This document shows positions 4,752 to 6,937 of a stretch of DNA of 6,937 nucleotides, one piece after another (the stretch's first letter is position 1; each line of letters begins with the position of its first letter). The notes under the pieces were generated by a model. It ran no database searches. It worked only from the letters and a program-made list of their open reading frames with translations, and was not told the DNA's origin. This stretch comes from a virus, in IMG/VR virus record IMGVR_UViG_3300011982_000004, positions 1-6,937 of that record. One strand, written 5' to 3'. The position numbers were made by a program, and so were the translations under genes.

Positions 4752-5189
4752 TTAAGTGGGTGAAGTACTTCCAGCAGCGGCACCATTCGGAGTAGGCTCA
4801 TTCGGAGCAGGCTCATTCGGAGCAGGCTCATCAGGGAACAACTCTTCTGCAACAGCATCCAAGTAATCACGAACTTGCTGCAATTCAATCTCATTCTGAT
4901 AGTGACGGCTTACAATGGTAGCACGTATCTGATCATCCGTATAGCCTTTGTTCGAACTATCATGAGGAACAGACGTAACCAACTGCGTGATGACATCTGC
5001 AATCTCACGAGGTACGTTCTTATCCAACAACCGGGTGATGATATTATCACGATGACCATTTGAAAGAACAGGGTTCAGTTTTTCGAACAACTCCGTAGCT
5101 TCCTTGTCAACAGTAACAATCGTAGACACAACAGGCGTAAAATCATTAATAACGTCTACCAGTCCTCTATTAATATAACAATTTTTCAT
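4752..5189 (-). CDS. Acidic 145-aa hypothetical protein with a Pro-rich repeat tail. It is possibly a scaffolding (VP3/B-like) protein, but function is not established.
   Basis: The in-frame ATG at 5189..5187 lies 17 nt downstream of the VP1 stop (5208..5206). The longer 215-aa version would overlap VP1 with an implausible Leu/Cys-rich leader. The sequence is helical and acidic: MKNCYINRGLVDVINDF...QQVRDYLDAVAEELFPDEPAPNEPAPNEPTPNGAAAGSTSPT. Confidence 0.7.
   Translation of the reverse strand: MKNCYINRGLVDVINDFTPVVSTIVTVDKEATELFEKLNPVLSNGHRDNIITRLLDKNVPREIADVITQLVTSVPHDSSNKGYTDDQIRATIVSRHYQNEIELQQVRDYLDAVAEELFPDEPAPNEPAPNEPTPNGAAAGSTSPT
4779..4838. repeat. 15-bp tandem repeat (aggctcattcggagc): 2 perfect copies plus 2 degenerate flanking copies, inside the 3' end of the 145-aa CDS
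   Basis: The perfect copies are at 4794-4808 and 4809-4823. The degenerate copies are at 4779-4793 and 4824-4838, each 10/15. Together they encode EPAPN-EPAPN-EPTPN. Confidence 0.9.
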
Positions 5190-5205
5190 AACACAAAAAA
5201 TTAAA

Positions 5206-6937
5206 TTACAAGCGTGGCAAGCCACTAACTGACATATCTGTAATGTAACTAACTGCAAAATGGGTCGTAATACGGAATGGGTCTGTTTTTTCCGTACCGT
5301 CAAAATTGACTTCAACAACGTCATTTGTACAAGCTGGGTCAACGAACAAGAAAGACGCAGGAACGCCATTATAATCGAATTTAACGGGAGGAATACCAAA
5401 CGTCTGTCCGAATTTACGATTATTCAAACCCATATAATAGTTAAATGGAGTAGGGCGATGGATAGACAAAATCTGCATACTACGACCTACCTTGAATTCA
5501 CCATGCAAATAATCAGCACCAGCTTTAAACTCATGATAACGAGGCTGCCAGCCGTAGACACGAGAAGTATCAAACATTGGGACAATACGACCTAAAACAG
5601 AACCACGGAACGCACTATAATCCAACGCTTTACCTTTATAGTCAACATCATACGCTTTCGCAACCTCATCCGCATGAGCACCATAATACTGACCTACGGA
5701 ACCATCAACCTCAGGCAATCGATACTCTGAATTCTTAATCCAAGGAGGTAACAACCGAGAAAACTCGATAGGCTGCATACCGAGGTCTTCAGCCTCAGGA
5801 ACAAAATAATCCTCGCGAGCAAATTTAGCATTAAACGCATCCAATCCGTCAGCGTCATACAACGAATTCGGAGAAAACCAAGACAAACACATCAACACGC
5901 CATGTTCTTTGGCGGTAAAGTTAATATGACCATCCTGTGAACTATCGATGTAACTACCTTGCTGACCAAAGTTCGTAGAACTATCCTTAGCAGTACCGTC
6001 AGCCGTAGCAATGACGGGACTAACTTCCAAGGCTTTATTAAAGCCACCAACATAGAAGCTTTCAGTCAAATCATCAGCTACATTCACACCATAATGCGCT
6101 AACATCTGTGCTTTATACGTCTTAGGCGCACGACTTGTAATCTGTTGCATCTTATCGAATGCAAACAAATTACGTAATTGGGCAGCAGACACAGTCGTGT
6201 AAACACCGTTACGATCTGACATAACAGCCGTGTCAGAAGAATTGGTCATATTATAAGACTTCATCGGAGTGCCATTCAACATTTCGCCAGATGTACCAAC
6301 AAAAGTACGTATCGTGGAACTTACATCATCAACGAACAACGGCGATGGGTGAATATTACTCAACAAGTCCTTTTCATACTTCACATAACGAGGCGAAAAA
6401 ATGTCTAATGCTCTATCGAGCGATGCAGAACTACTACTAAAAGAAAAAGTACATTTGCCATTATTGGGGTCTAACAAGTCATCAACGTTGTAAGAGCGAG
6501 GGTTGACCTTTTCATAGTTGGTGTCCAAAAAATGATCCTGATAAATTTTCTGATAGGCAAGCCAATAGAACAAATTAGCCTCATAATTCACCATATCAGC
6601 AGTAACAGCATTCACATTAACACTTTCTCCAACATACGGCATAGCACCATATTTCATCATATCACAGAAACGAACGTACGACGGCAACAAATCATAACCG
6701 AAAATATCAAATGCACCAGATGGCCGACGCAATATCTGACCAAACGGACGCTTAATATAATCAGCACCACCAGAAGCTACCAACTTTTCAACTTCCGACA
6801 ACGGAACAGAACTACGAGTTCCAAAGCGTCCACCATCACCGGAATGATAATGAGTACCATTAATATTACTCATCGGCAAGCCAGCAGAAGTAACATTCAA
6901 AATCTTACTATCCGCTAACGAACCATCAGGCAACGGA
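5206..6937 (-). CDS. VP1: Major capsid protein VP1, 3' part. It is open at the window end and continues in the 1..497 copy.
   Basis: The ORF track's 575 aa is open to the window edge. Its first residue is a TTG inside the true reading frame, not a real start. The stop is TAA at 5208..5206. Size and content fit the large capsid proteins of Alpavirinae-like microviruses. Confidence 0.92.
   Translation of the reverse strand, partial: PLPDGSLADSKILNVTSAGLPMSNINGTHYHSGDGGRFGTRSSVPLSEVEKLVASGGADYIKRPFGQILRRPSGAFDIFGYDLLPSYVRFCDMMKYGAMPYVGESVNVNAVTADMVNYEANLFYWLAYQKIYQDHFLDTNYEKVNPRSYNVDDLLDPNNGKCTFSFSSSSASLDRALDIFSPRYVKYEKDLLSNIHPSPLFVDDVSSTIRTFVGTSGEMLNGTPMKSYNMTNSSDTAVMSDRNGVYTTVSAAQLRNLFAFDKMQQITSRAPKTYKAQMLAHYGVNVADDLTESFYVGGFNKALEVSPVIATADGTAKDSSTNFGQQGSYIDSSQDGHINFTAKEHGVLMCLSWFSPNSLYDADGLDAFNAKFAREDYFVPEAEDLGMQPIEFSRLLPPWIKNSEYRLPEVDGSVGQYYGAHADEVAKAYDVDYKGKALDYSAFRGSVLGRIVPMFDTSRVYGWQPRYHEFKAGADYLHGEFKVGRSMQILSIHRPTPFNYYMGLNNRKFGQTFGIPPVKFDYNGVPASFLFVDPACTNDVVEVNFDGTEKTDPFRITTHFAVSYITDMSVSGLPRL
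6839..6937. repeat. Terminal redundancy, copy 2 (identical to 1..99)
   Basis: 99/99 identity to the window start. Confidence 0.95.

Noticed and set aside
5190-5399. The 215-aa version of ORF 4752..5399, overlapping the 3' end of VP1
   Set aside because: The 70-aa extension is Leu/Cys-rich and lies in an alternative frame of the capsid gene. An ATG 17 nt after the VP1 stop gives a compact, non-overlapping gene.
768-6918. Plus-strand ORFs at 768..1070, 1504..1728, 2095..2304, 4500..4691, 4875..5063, 5260..5595 and 6532..6918
   Set aside because: All are antisense to well-supported VP4, VP2, ORF145 or VP1 coding sequence and have low-complexity or implausible composition. Microviridae transcribe only the virion-sense strand's genes.
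1-6937. Search for CRISPR arrays, integrase/recombinase, transposase, reverse transcriptase, or defence/anti-defence genes
   Set aside because: No spaced direct repeats are present. No ORF carries the corresponding catalytic motifs. Apart from the small ORFs listed, all coding capacity is accounted for by microvirus structural and replication genes plus the peptidase.

Overview
The window is a complete, circularly permuted Microviridae (ssDNA phage) genome. Bases 1..99 are identical to 6839..6937, so the unit length is 6,838 nt, and the assembly break falls inside the major capsid gene.

All convincing genes lie on the window's minus strand, which is therefore the virion/mRNA-sense strand. 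In transcription order they are:
- M15-family peptidase (2946->2482)
- 60-aa ORF (2495->2313)
- a long replication initiator VP4 (2313->526)
- major capsid protein VP1 (497->1, continuing 6838->5206, 709 aa)
- acidic 145-aa protein with a Pro-rich repeat tail (5189->4752)
- pilot/minor capsid protein VP2 (4741->3626)

Large VP1 and VP4, no Shine-Dalgarno motif upstream of any gene, and a TAnnTTTG box suggest an Alpavirinae-like phage of a Bacteroidota host. This is inference, not proof.

The unusual part is the ~620-nt stretch without annotated genes (3001..3625). It holds two tandem tiny transmembrane-peptide ORFs below the ORF-track cutoff, followed by a strong intrinsic terminator. Beyond that lies a ~300-nt GC-rich, helix-dense island (about 3044..3350) sitting between that terminator and the promoter-like box of the peptidase gene.

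The island contains a phiX174-origin-like CTTGATAT motif on the virion-sense strand and a multi-helix domain with mutually exclusive pairings. I propose it is the replication origin region and/or an undescribed structured ncRNA. No CRISPR array, tRNA, integrase or transposase is visible.
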